DNA of 64,000 nt from Auanema rhodensis. Lineage: Eukaryota > Animalia > Nematoda. The notes below the pieces were generated by a model that was not told the DNA's origin, searched no databases, and was given only the letters and a program-made list of their open reading frames with translations. Shown here in pieces: positions 26,301 through 41,300 of the stretch; positions within the stretch are counted from its first letter, which is position 1, and every line of letters begins with the position of its first letter. The translations under genes and the position numbers were made by a program. The DNA lies in the NCBI GenBank assembly GCA_964057225.1, contig OZ059899.1, positions 14,880,001-14,944,000 on the forward strand, in the 5' to 3' direction.

Positions 26301-29300
26301 TAAAATCAAATAAAAATAGTTTGAGATTGGGTATTCAGATGTGTAGAATCTGAAATTCCTGGTGAGATTTGGCTAGGTTTTCTGATTTTTCCGGAAAAGG
26401 GGTTTATACCGACTCCATCCACAAGATTTGTTCACAAAAAAGTTCAGGCTGTAGTCATGTTGTGCCCGGTGAATGATTGATTTCCTCTAAATTCATCTAC
26501 TAAAATCAAATAAAAATAGTTTTAGATTGGGTATTCAGATGTGTAGAATCTGAAATTCCTGGTGAGATTTGGCTAGGTTTTCTGATTTTTCCGGAAAAGG
26601 AGTTTATACCGACTCCATCCACAAGATTTGTTCACAAAAAAGTTCAGGCTGTAGTCACGTTGTGCCCGGTGAATGATTGATTTCCTCAAAATTCATCTAC
26701 TAAAATCAAATAAAAATAGTTTTAGATTGGGTATTCAGATGTGTAGAATCTGAAATTCCTGGTGAGATTTGGCTAGGTTTTCTGATTTTTCCGGAAAAGG
26801 AGTTTATACCGACTCCATCCACAAGATTTGTTCACAAAAAAGTTCAGGCTGTAGTCACGTTGTGCCCGGTGAATGATTGATTTCCTCAAAATTCATCTAC
26901 TAAAATCAAAAAAAAAATAGTTTTAGATTGGGTATTCAGATGTGTAGAATCTGAATTTCGTGGTGAGATTTGGGTAGGTCTTCTGCTTTTTCCGGAAAAG
27001 GAGTTTATACCGACTCCATCCACAAGATTTGTTCACAAAAAAGTTCAGGCTGTAGTCACGTTGTGCCCGGTGAATGATTGATTTCCTCAAAATTCATCTA
27101 CTAAAATCAAATAAAAATAGTTTTAGATTGGGTATTCAGATGTGTAGAATCTGAATTTCGTGGTGAGATTTGGGTAGGTCTTCTGCTTTTTCCGGAAAAG
27201 GAGTTTATACCGACTCCATCCACAAGATTTGTTCACAAAAAAGTTCAGGCTGTAGTCACGTTGTGCCCGGTGAATGATTGATTTCCTCAAAATTCATCTA
27301 CTAAAATCAAATAAAAATAGTTTTAGATTGGGTATTCAGATGTGTAGAATCTGAAATTCCTGGTGAGATTTGGCTAGGTTTTCTGATTTTTCCGGAAAAG
27401 GAGTTTATACCGACTCCATCCACAAGATTTGTTCACAAAAAAGTTCAGGCTGTAGTCACGTTGTGCCCGGTGAATGATTGATTTCCTCAAAATTCATCTA
27501 CTAAAATCAAATAAAAATAGTTTTAGATTGGGTATTCAGATGTGTAGAATCTGAATTTTCTGGTGAGATTCGGCTAGGTCTTCTGATTTTTCCGGAAAAG
27601 AGGTTTATACCGACTCCATCCACAAGATTTGTTCACAAAAAAGTTCAGGCTGTAGTCACGTTGTACCCGGTGAATGATTGATTTCCTCAAAATTCATCTA
27701 CTAAAATCAAAAAAAAATAGTTTTAGATTGGGTATTCAGATCTGTAGAATCTGAATTTCCTGGTGAGATTCGGCTAGGTTTTCTGATTTTTCCGGAAAAG
27801 GAGTTTATACCGACTCCATCCACAAGATTTGTTCACAAAAAAGTTCAGGCTGTAGTCACGTTGTTCCCGGTGAATGATTGATTTCCTCAAAATTCATCTA
27901 CTAAAATCAAATAAAAATAGTTTGAGATGGGGTATTCAGATGTGTAGAATCTGAATTTCCTGGTGAGATTCGGCTAGGTTTTCTGATTTTTCCGGAAAAG
28001 GAGTTTATACCGACTCCATCCACAAGATTTGTTCACAAAAAAGTTCAGGCTGTAGTCACGTTGTTCCCGGTGAATGATTGATTTCCTCAAAATTCATCTA
28101 CTAAAATCAAATAAAAATAGTTTGAGATGGGGTATTCAGATGTGTAGAATCTGAAATTCCTGGTGAGATTTGGATACGTCTTCTGATTTTTCCGGAAAAG
28201 GGGTTTATACAGACTCCATCCACAAGATTTGTTCACAAAAAAGTTCAGGCTGTAGTCACGTTGTTCCCGGTGAATGATTGATTTCCTCAAAATTCATCTA
28301 CTAAAATCAAATAAAAATAGTTTGAGATGGGGTATTCAGATGTGTAGAATCTGAAATTCCTGGTGAGATTTGGATACGTCTTCTGATTTTTCCGGAAAAG
28401 GGGTTTATACAGACTCCATCCACAAGATTTGTTCACAAAAAAGTTCAGGCTGTAGTCACGTTGTGCCCGGTGAATGATTGATTTCCTCAAAATTCATCTA
28501 CTAAAATCAAATAAAAATAGTTTGAGATGGGGTATTCAGATGTGTAGAATCTGAAATTCCTGGTGAGATTTGGATACGTCTTCTGATTTTTCCGGAAAAG
28601 GGGTTTATACAGACTCCATCCACAAGATTTGTTCACAAAAAAGTTCAGGCTGTAGTCACGTTGTGCCCGGTGAATGATTGATTTCCTCAAAATTCATCTA
28701 CTAAAATCAAAAAAAAAATAGTTTTAGATTGGGTATTCAGATGTGTAGAATCTGAATTTCCTGGTGAGATTTGGGTAGGTCTTCTGATTTTTCCGGAAAA
28801 GGGGTTTATACAGACTCCATCCACAAGATTTGTTCACAAAAAAGTTCAGGCTGTAGTCACGTTGTGCCCGGTGAATGATTGATTTCCTCAAAATTCTTCT
28901 ACTAAAATCAAATAAAAATAGTTTGAGATTGGGTATTCAGATGTGTAGAATCTGAAATTCCTGGTGAGATTTGGATACGTCTTCTGATTTTTCCGGAAAA
29001 GGGGTTTATACAGACTCCATCCACAAGATTTGTTCACAAAAAAGTTCAGGCTGTAGTCACGTTGTGCCCGGTGAATGATTGATTTCCTCAAAATTCATCT
29101 ACTAAAATCAAAAAAAAATAGTTTTAGATTGGGTATTCAGATGTGTAGAATCTGAATTTCCTGGTGAGATTTGGGTAGGTCTTCTGATTTTTCCGGAAAA
29201 GGGGTTTATACAGACTCCATCCACAAGATTTGTTCACAAAAAAGTTCAGGCTGTAGTCACGTTGTGCCCGGTGAATGATTGATTTCCTCAAAATTCTTCT

Positions 29301-32300
29301 ACTAAAATCAAATAAAAATAGTTTGAGATTGGGTATTCAGATGTGTAGAATCTGAAATTCCTGGTGAGATTTGGATACGTCTTCTGATTTTTCCGGAAAA
29401 GGGGTTTATACAGACTCCATCCACAAGATTTGTTCACAAAAAAGTTCAGGCTGTAGTCACGTTGTGCCCGGTGAATGATTGATTTCCTCAAAATTCATCT
29501 ACTAAAATCAAAAAAAAAATAGTTTTAGATTGGGTATTCAGATGTGTAGAATCTGAATTTCCTGGTGAGATTTGGGTAGGTCTTCTGATTTTTCCGGAAA
29601 AGGGGTTTATACAGACTCCATCCACAAGATTTGTTCACAAAAAAGTTCAGGCTGTAGTCACGTTGTGCCCGGTGAATGATTGATTTCCTCAAAATTCATC
29701 TACTAAAATCAAAAAAAAAATAGTTTTAGATTGGGTATTCAGATGTGTAGAATCTGAAATTCCTGGTGAGATTCGGCTAGATCTTCTGATATTTCCGGAA
29801 AAGGGGTTTATACAGACTCCATCCACAAGATTTGTTCACAAAAAAGTTCAGGCTGTAGTCACGTTGTGCCCGGTGAATGATTGATTTCCTCAAAAATCAT
29901 TTACTAAAATCAAATAAAAATAGTTTGAGATGGGGTATTCAGATGTGTAGAATCTGAAATTCCTGGTGAGATTTGGATACGTCTTCTGATTTTTCCGGAA
30001 AAGGGGTTTATACAGACTCCATCCACAAGATTTGTTCACAAAAAAGTTCAGGCTGTAGTCACGTTGTGCCCGGTGAATGATTGATTTCCTCAAAATTCAT
30101 CTACTAAAATCAAAAAAAAAATAGTTTTAGATTGGGTATTCAGATGTGTAGAATCTGAATTTCCTGGTGAGATTTGGGTAGGTCTTCTGATATTTCCGGA
30201 AAAGGGGTTTATACAGACTCCATCCACAAGATTTGTTCACAAAAAAGTTCAGGCTGTAGTCACGTTGTGCCCGGTGAATGATTGATTTCCTCAAAAATCA
30301 TTTACTAAAATCAAATAAAAATAGTTTGAGATGGGGTATTCAGATGTGTAGAATCTGAAATTCCTGGTGAGATTTGGATACGTCTTCTGATTTTTCCGGA
30401 AAAGGGGTTTATACAGACTCCATCCACAAGATTTGTTCACAAAAAAGTTCAGGCTGTAGTCACGTTGTGCCCGGTGAATGATTGATTTCCTCAAAAATCA
30501 TTTACTAAAATCAAAAAAAAAAATAGTTTTAGATTGGGTATTCAGATGTGTAGAATCTGAAATTCCTGGTGAGATTCGGCTAGATCTTCTGATATTTCCG
30601 GAAAAGGGGTTTATACAGACTCCATCCACAAGATTTGTTCACAAAAAAGTTCAGGCTGTAGTCACGTTGTGCCCGGTGAATGATTGATTTCCTCAAAATT
30701 CATCTACTAAAATCAAAAAAAAAATAGTTTTAGATTGGGTATTCAGATGTGTAGAATCTGAATTTCCTGGTGAGATTTGGGTAGGTCTTCTGATTTTTCC
30801 GGAAAAGGGGTTTATACAGACTCCATCCACAAGATTTGTTCACAAAAAAGTTCAGGCTGTAGTCACGTTGTGCCCGGTGAATGATTGATTTCCTCAAAAT
30901 TCATCTACTAAAATCAAAAAAAAAATAGTTTTAGATTGGGTATTCAGATGTGTAGAATCTGAAATTCCTGGTGAGATTCGGCTAGATCTTCTGATATTTC
31001 CGGAAAAGGGGTTTATACAGACTCCATCCACAAGATTTGTTCACAAAAAAGTTCAGGCTGTAGTCACGTTGTGCCCGGTGAATGATTGATTTCCTCAAAA
31101 ATCATTTACTAAAATCAAATAAAAATAGTTTGAGATGGGGTATTCAGATGTGTAGAATCTGAATTTTCTGGTGAGATTTGGATACGTCTTCTGATTTTTC
31201 CGGAAAAGGGGTTTATACAGACTCCATCCACAAGATTTGTTCACAAAAAAGTTCAGGCTGTAGTCACGTTGTGCCCGGTGAATGATTGATTTCCTCAAAA
31301 TTCATCTACTAAAATCAAAAAAAAAATAGTTTTAGATTGGGTATTCAGATGTGTAGAATCTGAATTTCCTGGTGAGATTTGGGTAGGTCTTCTGATTTTT
31401 CCGGAAAAGGGGTTTATACAGACTCCATCCACAAGATTTGTTCACAAAAAAGTTCAGGCTGTAGTCACGTTGTGCCCGGTGAATGATTGATTTCCTCAAA
31501 ATTCTTCTACTAAAATCAAATAAAAATAGTTTGAGATTGGGTATTCAGATGTGTAGAATCTGAAATTCCTGGTGAGATTTGGATACGTCTTCTGATTTTT
31601 CCGGAAAAGGGGTTTATACAGACTCCATCCACAAGATTTGTTCACAAAAAAGTTCAGGCTGTAGTCACGTTGTGCCCGGTGAATGATTGATTTCCTCAAA
31701 ATTCATCTACTAAAATCAAAAAAAAAATAGTTTTAGATTGGGTATTCAGATGTGTAGAATCTGAAATTCCTGGTGAGATTCGGCTAGATCTTCTGATATT
31801 TCCGGAAAAGGGGTTTATACAGACTCCATCCACAAGATTTGTTCACAAAAAAGTTCAGGCTGTAGTCACGTTGTGCCCGGTGAATGATTGATTTCCTCAA
31901 AATTCTTCTACTAAAATCAAATAAAAATAGTTTGAGATTGGGTATTCAGATGTGTAGAATCTGAAATTCCTGGTGAGATTTGGATACGTCTTCTGATTTT
32001 TCCGGAAAAGGGGTTTATACAGACTCCATCCACAAGATTTGTTCACAAAAAAGTTCAGGCTGTAGTCACGTTGTGCCCGGTGAATGATTGATTTCCTCAA
32101 AATTCATCTACTAAAATCAAAAAAAAAATAGTTTTAGATTGGGTATTCAGATGTGTAGAATCTGAATTTCCTGGTGAGATTTGGGTAGGTCTTCTGATTT
32201 TTCCGGAAAAGGGGTTTATACAGACTCCATCCACAAGATTTGTTCACAAAAAAGTTCAGGCTGTAGTCACGTTGTGCCCGGTGAATGATTGATTTCCTCA

Positions 32301-35300
32301 AAATTCTTCTACTAAAATCAAATAAAAATAGTTTGAGATTGGGTTTTCAGATGTGTAGAATCTGAAATTCCTGGTGAGATTCGGCTAGATCTTCTGATAT
32401 TTCCGGAAAAGGGGTTTATACAGACTCCATCCACAAGATTTGTTCACAAAAAAGTTCAGGCTGTAGTCACGTTGTGCCCGGTGAATGATTGATTTCCTCA
32501 AAATTCTTCTACTAAAATCAAATAAAAATAGTTTGAGATTGGGTTTTCAGATGTGTAGAATCTGAAATTCCTGGTGAGATTCGGCTAGATCTTCTGATAT
32601 TTCCGGAAAAGGGGTTTATACAGACTCCATCCACAAGATTTGTTCACAAAAAAGTTCAGGCTGTAGTCACGTTGTGCCCGGTGAATGATTGATTTCCTCA
32701 AAATTCATCTACTAAAATCAAAAAAAAAATAGTTTTAGATTGGGTATTCAGATGTGTAGAATCTGAAATTCCTGGTGAGATTCGGCTAGATCTTCTGATA
32801 TTTCCGGAAAAGGGGTTTATACAGACTCCATCCACAAGATTTGTTCACAAAAAAGTTCAGGCTGTAGTCACGTTGTGCCCGGTGAATGATTGATTTCCTC
32901 AAAAATCATTTACTAAAATCAAATAAAAATAGTTTGAGATGGGGTATTCAGATGTGTAGAATCTGAAATTCCTGGTGAGATTTGGATACGTCTTCTGATT
33001 TTTCCGGAAAAGGGGTTTATACAGACTCCATCCACAAGATTTGTTCACAAAAAAGTTCAGGCTGTAGTCACGTTGTGCCCGGTGAATGATTGATTTCCTC
33101 AAAATTCTTCTACTAAAATCAAATAAAAATAGTTTGAGATTGGGTATTCAGATGTGTAGAATCTGAAATTCCTGGTGAGATTTGGATACCTCTTCTGATT
33201 TTTCCGGAAAAGGGGTTTATACAGACTCCATCCACAAGATTTGTTCACAAAAAAGTTCAGGCTGTAGTCACGTTGTGCCCGGTGAATGATTGATTTCCTC
33301 AAAATTCATCTACTAAAATCAAAAAAAAAATAGTTTTAGATTGGGTATTCAGATGTGTAGAATCTGAATTTCCTGGTGAGATTTGGGTAGGTCTTCTGAT
33401 TTTTCCGGAAAAGGGGTTTATACAGACTCCATCCACAAGATTTGTTCACAAAAAAGTTCAGGCTGTAGTCACGTTGTGCCCGGTGAATGATTGATTTCCT
33501 CAAAATTCTTCTACTAAAATCAAATAAAAATAGTTTGAGATTGGGTATTCAGATGTGTAGAATCTGAAATTCCTGGTGAGATTCGGCTAGATCTTCTGAT
33601 ATTTCCGGAAAAGGGGTTTATACAGACTCCATCCACAAGATTTGTTCACAAAAAAGTTCAGGCTGTAGTCACGTTGTGTTCCCTGAATGTTCGCTTTTCT
33701 CAAAATTTATCTACAAAATTCAAACAAAAATAGTTTGAGGTTGGGTATTCAGATGTGTAGAATCTGAATTTTCTGGTGAGATTGGGCTAGGTCTTCTGAT
33801 TTTTCCGGAAAAGGTGTTTATACAGACTCCATCCACAAGATTTGTTCACAAAAAAGTTCAGGCTGTAGTCACGTTGTGTTCCCTGAATGTTCGCTTTTCT
33901 CAAAATTTATCTACAAAATTCAAACAAAAATAGTTTGAGGTTGGGTATTCAGATGTGTAGAATCTGAAATTCCTGGTGAGATTGGGCTAGGTCTTCTGAT
34001 TTTTCCGGAAAAGGTGTTTATACAGACTCCATCCACAAGATTTGTTCACAAAAAAGTTCAGGCTGTAGTCACGTTGTGTTCCCTGAATGTTCGCTTTTCT
34101 CAAAATTTATCTACAAAATTCAAACAAAAATAGTTTGAGGTTGGGTATTCAGATGTGTAGAATCTGAAATTCCTGGTGAGATTTGGATACGTCTTCTGAT
34201 TTTTCCGGAAAAGGGGTTTATACAGACTCCATCCACAAGATTTGTTCACAAAAAAGTTCAGGCTGTAGTCACGTTGTGCCCGGTGAATGATTGATTTCCT
34301 CAAAATTCTTCTACTAAAATCAAATAAAAATAGTTTGAGATTGGGTATTCAGATGTGTAGAATCTGAAATTCCTGGTGAGATTCGGCTAGATCTTCTGAT
34401 ATTTCCGGAAAAGGGGTTTATACAGACTCCATCCACAAGATTTGTTCACAAAAAAGTTCAGGCTGTAGTCACGTTGTGTTCCCTGAATGTTCGCTTTTCT
34501 CAAAATTTATCTACAAAATTCAAACAAAAATAGTTTGAGGTTGGGTATTCAGATGTGTAGAATCTGAATTTTCTGGTGAGATTGGGCTAGGTCTTCTGAT
34601 TTTTCCGGAAAAGGTGTTTATACAGACTCCATCCACAAGATTTGTTCACAAAAAAGTTCAGGCTGTAGTCACGTTGTGTTCCCTGAATGTTCGCTTTTCT
34701 CAAAATTTATCTACAAAATTCAAACAAAAATAGTTTGAGGTTGGGTATTCAGATGTGTAGAATCTGAAATTCCTGGTGAGATTGGGCTAGGTCTTCTGAT
34801 TTTTCCGGAAAAGGTGTTTATACAGACTCCATCCACAAGATTTGTTCACAAAAAAGTTCAGGCTGTAGTCACGTTGTGTTCCCTGAATGTTCGCTTTTCT
34901 CAAAATTTATCTACAAAATTCAAACAAAAATAGTTTGAGGTTGGGTATTCAGATGTGTAGAATCTGAAATTCCTGGTGAGATTGGGCTAGGTCTTCTGAT
35001 TTTTCCGGAAAAGGTGTTTATACAGACTCCATCCACAAGATTTGTTCACAAAAAAGTTCAGGCTGTAGTCACGTTGTGTTCCCTGAATGTTCGCTTTTCT
35101 CAAAATTCTTCTACTAAAATCAAATAAAAATAGTTTGAGATTGGGTATTCAGATGTGTAGAATCTGAAATTCCTGGTGAGATTCGGCTAGATCTTCTGAT
35201 ATTTCCGGAAAAGGGGTTTATACAGACTCCATCCACAAGATTTGTTCACAAAAAAGTTCAGGCTGTAGTCACGTTGTGTTCCCTGAATGTTCGCTTTTCT

Positions 35301-38300
35301 CAAAATTTATCTACAAAATTCAAACAAAAATAGTTTGAGGTTGGGTATTCAGATGTGTAGAATCTGAATTTTCTGGTGAGATTGGGCTAGGTCTTCTGAT
35401 TTTTCCGGAAAAGGTGTTTATACAGACTCCATCCACAAGATTTGTTCACAAAAAAGTTCAGGCTGTAGTCACGTTGTGTTCCCTGAATGTTCGCTTTTCT
35501 CAAAATTTATCTACAAAATTCAAACAAAAATAGTTTGAGGTTGGGTATTCAGATGTGTAGAATCTGAATTTCCTGGTGAGATTTGGGTAGGTCTTCTGCT
35601 TTTTCCGGAAAAGGGGTTTATAGAGACTCCATCCACAAGATTGGTTCACAAAAAAGTTCAGACTGTAGTCACGTTGTGCCCGGTGAATGATTGATTTCCT
35701 CAAAATTCATCTACTAAAATCAAATAAAAATAGTTTGAGATTGGGTATTCAGATGTGTAGAATCTGAATTTTCTAGTGAGATTCGGCTAGGTCTTCTGAT
35801 TTTTCCGGAAAAGGAGTTTATACCGACTCCATCCACAAGATTTGTTCACAAAAAAGTTCAGGCTGTAGTCATGTTGTGCCCGGTGAATGATTGATTTCCT
35901 CTAAATTCATCTACTAAAATCAAAAAAAAAATAGTTTTAGATTGGGTATTCAGATGTGTAGAATCTGAATTTCCTGGTGAGATTTGGGTAGGTCTTCTGA
36001 TTTTTCCGGAAAAGGGGTTTATACAGACTCCATCCACAAGATTTGTTCACAAAAAAGTTCAGGCTGTAGTCACGTTGTGTTCCCTGAATGTTCGCTTTTC
36101 TCAAAATTTATCTACAAAATTCAAACAAAAATAGTTTGAGGTTGGGTATTCAGATGTGTAGAATCTGAATTTCCTGGTGAGATTTGGGTAGGTCTTCTGC
36201 TTTTTCCGGAAAAGGGGTTTATACCGACTCCATCCACAAGATTTGTTCACAAAAAAGTTCAGGCTGTAGTCATGTTGTGCCCGGTGAATGATTGATTTCC
36301 TCAAAATTCATCTACTAAAATCAAATAAAAATAGTTTGAGATTGGGTATTCAGATGTGTAGAATCTGAATTTTCTGGTGAGATTCGGCTAGGTCTTCTGA
36401 TTTTTCCGGAAAAGGGGTTTATACCGACTCCATCCACAAGATTGGTTCACAAAAAAGTTCAGGCTGTAGTCACGTTGTGCCCGGTGAATGATTGATTTCC
36501 TCAAAATTCATCTACTAAAATCAAATAAAAATAGTTTGAGATTGGGTATTCAGATGTGTAGAATCTGAATTTTCTGGTGAGATTCGGCTAGGTCTTCTGA
36601 TTTTTCCGGAAAAGGGGTTTATACCGACCCCATCCACAAGATTTATTCACAAAAAAGTTCAGACTGTAGTCACGTTGTGCCCGGTGAATGATTGATTTCC
36701 TCAAAATTCTTCTACTAAAATCAAATAAAAATAGTTTGAGATTGGGTATTCAGATGTGTAGAATCTGAAATTCCTGGTGAGATTCGGCTAGATCTTCTGA
36801 TATTTCCGGAAAAGGGGTTTATACAGACTCCATCCACAAGATTTGTTCACAAAAAAGTTCAGGCTGTAGTCACGTTGTGTTCCCTGAATGTTCGCTTTTC
36901 TCAAAATTTATCTACAAAATTCAAACAAAAATAGTTTGAGGTTGGGTATTCAGATGTGTAGAATCTGAATTTCCTGGTGAGATTTGGGTAGGTCTTCTGC
37001 TTTTTCCGGAAAAGGGGTTTATACCGACTCCATCCACAAGATTGGTTCACAAAAAAGTTCAGGCTGTAGTCACGTTGTGCCCGGTGAATGATTGATTTCC
37101 TCAAAATTCATCTACTAAAATCAAATAAAAATAGTTTGAGATTGGGTATTCAGATGTGTAGAATCTGAATTTTCTGGTGAGATTCGGCTAGGTCTTCTGA
37201 TTTTTCCGGAAAAGGGGTTTATACCGACCCCATCCACAAGATTTATTCACAAAAAAGTTCAGACTGTAGTCACGTTGTGCCCGGTGAATGATTGATTTCC
37301 TCAAAAATCATTTACTAAAATCAAATAAAAATAGTTTGAGATTGGGTATTCAGATGTGTGGAATCTGAAATTCCTGGTGAGATTCCGCTAGGTCTTCTGC
37401 TTTTTCCGGAAAAGGGGTTTATACCGACTCCATCCACAAGATTGGTTCACAAAAAAGTTCAGGCTGTAGTCACGTTGTGCCCGGTGAATGATTGATTTCC
37501 TCAAAATTCATCTACTAAAATCAAATAAAAATAGTTTGAGATTGGGTATTCAGATGTGTAGAATCTGAAATTCCTGGTGAGATTTGGCTAGGTCTTCTGA
37601 TTTTTCCGGAAAAGGGGTTTATACCGACTCCATCCACAAGATTTGTTCACAAAAAAGTTCAGGCTGTAGTCACGTTGTGCCCGGTGAATGATTGATTTCC
37701 TCAAAAATCATTTACTAAAATCAAATAAAAATAGTTTGAGATTGGGTATTCAGATGTGTGGAATCTGAAATTCCTGGTGAGATTCCGCTAGGTCTTCTGA
37801 TTTTTCCGGAAAAGGGGTTTATACAGACTCCATCCACAAGATTTGTTCACAAAAAAGTTCAGGCTGTAGTCACGTTGTGCCCGGTGAATGATTGATTTCC
37901 TCAAAATTCATCTACTAAAATCAAATAAAAATAGTTTGAGATTGGGTATTCAGATGTGTGGAATCTGAAATTCCTGGTGAGATTCGGCTAGATCTTCTGA
38001 TTTTTCCGGAAAAGGGGTTTATACCGACTCCATCCACAAGATTTGTTCACAAAAAAGTTCAGGCTGTAGTCACGTTGTGCCCGGTGAATGATTGATTTCC
38101 TCAAAATTCATCTACTAAAATCAAATAAAAATAGTTTGAGATTGGGTATTCAGATGTGTGGAATCTGAAATTCCTGGTGAGATTCCGCTAGGTCTTCTGA
38201 TTTTTCCGGAAAAGGGGTTTATACCGACTCCATCCACAAGATTTGTTCACAAAAAAGTTCAGGCTGTAGTCACGTTGTGCCCGGTGAATGATTGATTTCC

Positions 38301-41300
38301 TCAAAAATCATTTACTAAAATCAAATAAAAATAGTTTGAGATTGGGTATTCAGATGTGTAGAATCTGAATTTCCTGGTGAAATTTGGCTAGGTCTTCTGC
38401 TTTTTCCGGAAAAGGGGTTTATACCGACTCCATCCACAAGATTTGTTCACAAAAAAGTTCAGGCTGTAGTCACGTTGTCCCCGGTGAATGATTGATTTCC
38501 TCAAAATTCATCTACTAAAATCAAATAAAAATAGTTGGAGATTGGGTATTCAGATGTGTAGAATCTGAAATTCCTGGTGAGATTTGGCTAGGTCTTCTGA
38601 TTTTTCCGGAAAAGGGGTTTATACCGACCCCATCCACAAGATTTGTTCACAAAAAAGTTCAGGCTGTAGTCACGTTGTCCCCGGTGAATGATTGATTTCC
38701 TCAAAATTCATCTACTAAAATCAAATAAAAATAGTTGGAGATTGGGTATTCAGATGTGTAGAATCTGAATTTTCTGGTGAGATTCGGCTAGGTCTTCTGC
38801 TTTTTCCGGAAAAGGGGTTTATACTGACTCCATCCACAAGATTTGTTCACAAAAAAGTTCAGGCTGTAGTCACGTTGTGCCCGGTGAATGATTGATTTCC
38901 TCAAAATTCATCTACTAAAATCAAATAAAAATAGTTGGAGATTGGGTATTCAGATGTGTAGAATCTGAATTTTCTGGTGAGATTCGGCTAGGTCTTCTGC
39001 TTTTTCCGGAAAACGGGTTTATACCGACTCCATCCACAAGATTTGTTCACAAAAAAGTTCAGGCTGTAGTCACGTTGTGCCCGGTGAATGATTGATTTCC
39101 TCAAAATTCATCTACTAAAATCAAATAAAAATAGTTGGAGATTGGGTATTCAGATGTGTAGAATCTGAATTTTCTGGTGAGATTCGGCTAGGTCTTCTGC
39201 TTTTTCCAGAAAAGGGGTTTATACCGACTCCATCCACAAGATTTGTTCACAAAAAAGTTCAGGCTGTAGTCACGTTGTGCCCGGTGAATGATTGATTTCC
39301 TCAAAATTCATCTACTAAAATCAAATAAAAATAGTTTGAGATTGGGTATTCAGATGTGTAGAATCTGAAATTCCTTGTGAGATTTGGCTAGGTCTTCTGC
39401 TTTTTCCGGAAAAGGGGTTTATACCGACTCCATCCACAAGATTTGTTCACAAAAAAGTTCAGGCTGTAGTCACGTTGTGCCCGGTGAATGATTGATTTCC
39501 TCAAAATTCATCTACTAAAATCAAATATAAATAGTTGGAGGTTGGGTATTCAGATGTGTAGAATCTGAATTTTCTGGTGAGATTCGGCTAGGTCTTCTGA
39601 TTTTTCCGGAAAAGGGGTTTATACTGACTCCATCCACAAGATTTGTTCACAAAAAAGTTCAGGCTGTAGTCACGTTGTGCCCGGTGAATGATTGATTTCC
39701 TCAAAATTCATCTACTAAAATCAAATATAAATAGTTGGAGGTTGGGTATTCAGATGTGTAGAATCTGAATTTTCTGGTGAGATTCGGCTAGGTCTTCTGC
39801 TTTTTCCGGAAAACGGGTTTATACCGACTCCATCCACAAGATTTGTTCACAAAAAAGTTCAGGCTGTAGTCACGTTGTGCCCGGTGAATGATTGATTTCC
39901 TCAAAATTCATCTACTAAAATCAAATAAAAATAGTTGGAGATTGGGTATTCAGATGTGTAGAATCTGAATTTTCTGGTGAGATTCGGCTAGGTCTTCTGA
40001 TTTTTCCGGAAAAGGGGTTTATACCGACTCCATCCACAAGATTTGTTCACAAAAAAGTTCAGGCTGTAGTCACGTTGTGCCCGGTGAATGATTGATTTCC
40101 TCAAAATTCATCTACTAAAATCAAATAAAAATAGTTTGAGATTGGGTATTCAGATGTGTAGAATCTGAAATTCCTTGTGAGATTTGGCTAGGTCTTCTGC
40201 TTTTTCCGGAAAAGGGGTTTATACCGACTCCATCCACAAGATTTGTTCACAAAAAAGTTCAGGCTGTAGTCACGTTGTGCCCGGTGAATGATTGATTTCC
40301 TCAAAATTCATCTACTAAAATCAAATAAAAATAGTTGGAGATTGGGTATTCAGATGTGTAGAATCTGAATTTCCTGGTGAGATTTGGGTAGGTCTTCTGC
40401 TTTTTCCGGAAAAGGGGTTTATACCGACTCCATCCACAAGATTTGTTCACAAAAAAGTTCAGGCTGTAGTCACGTTGTGCCCGGTGAATGATTGATTTCC
40501 TCAAAATTCATCTACTAAAATCAAATAAAAATAGTTTGAGATTGGGTATTCAGATGTGTAGAATCTGAAATTCCTGGTGAGATTTGGCTAGGTCTTCTGA
40601 TTTTTCCGGAAAAGGGGTTTATACCGACCCCATCCACAAGATTTATTCACAAAAAAGTTCAGACTGTAGTCACGTTGTGCCCGGTGAATGATTGATTTCC
40701 TCAAAATTCATCTACTAAAATCAAATAAAAATAGTTTGAGATTGGGTATTCAGATGTGTAGAATCTGAAATTCCTGGTGAGATTTGGCTAGGTCTTCTGA
40801 TTTTTCCGGAAAAGGGGTTTATACCGACCCCATCCACAAGATTTATTCACAAAAAAGTTCAGACTGTAGTCACGTTGTGCCCGGTGAATGATTGATTTCC
40901 TCAAAATTCATCTACTAAAATCAAATAAAAATAGTTTGAGATTGGGTATTCAGATGTGTAGAATCTGAAATTCCTGGTGAGATTTGGCTAGGTCTTCTGA
41001 TTTTTCCGGAAAAGGGGTTTATACCGACTCCATCCACAAGATTTGTTCACAAAAAAGTTCAGGCTGTAGTCACGTTGTGCCCGGTGAATGATTGATTTCC
41101 TCAAAAATCATTTACTAAAATCAAATAAAAATAGTTTGAGATTGGGTATTCAGATGTGTGGAATCTGAAATTCCTGGTGAGATTCCGCTAGGTCTTCTGA
41201 TTTTTCCGGAAAAGGGGTTTATACCGACTTCATCCACAAGATTTGTTCACAAAAAAGTTCAGGCTGTAGTCACGTTGTGCCCGGTGAATGATTAATTTCC

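Noticed and set aside
28087-40504. Repeated 67-aa minus-strand ORFs (MRKSIIHRAQRDYS...)
   Set aside because: By-products of the 200-bp monomer; start at TTG, open only in variants lacking a TAG, 200 is not a multiple of 3, no recognisable domain
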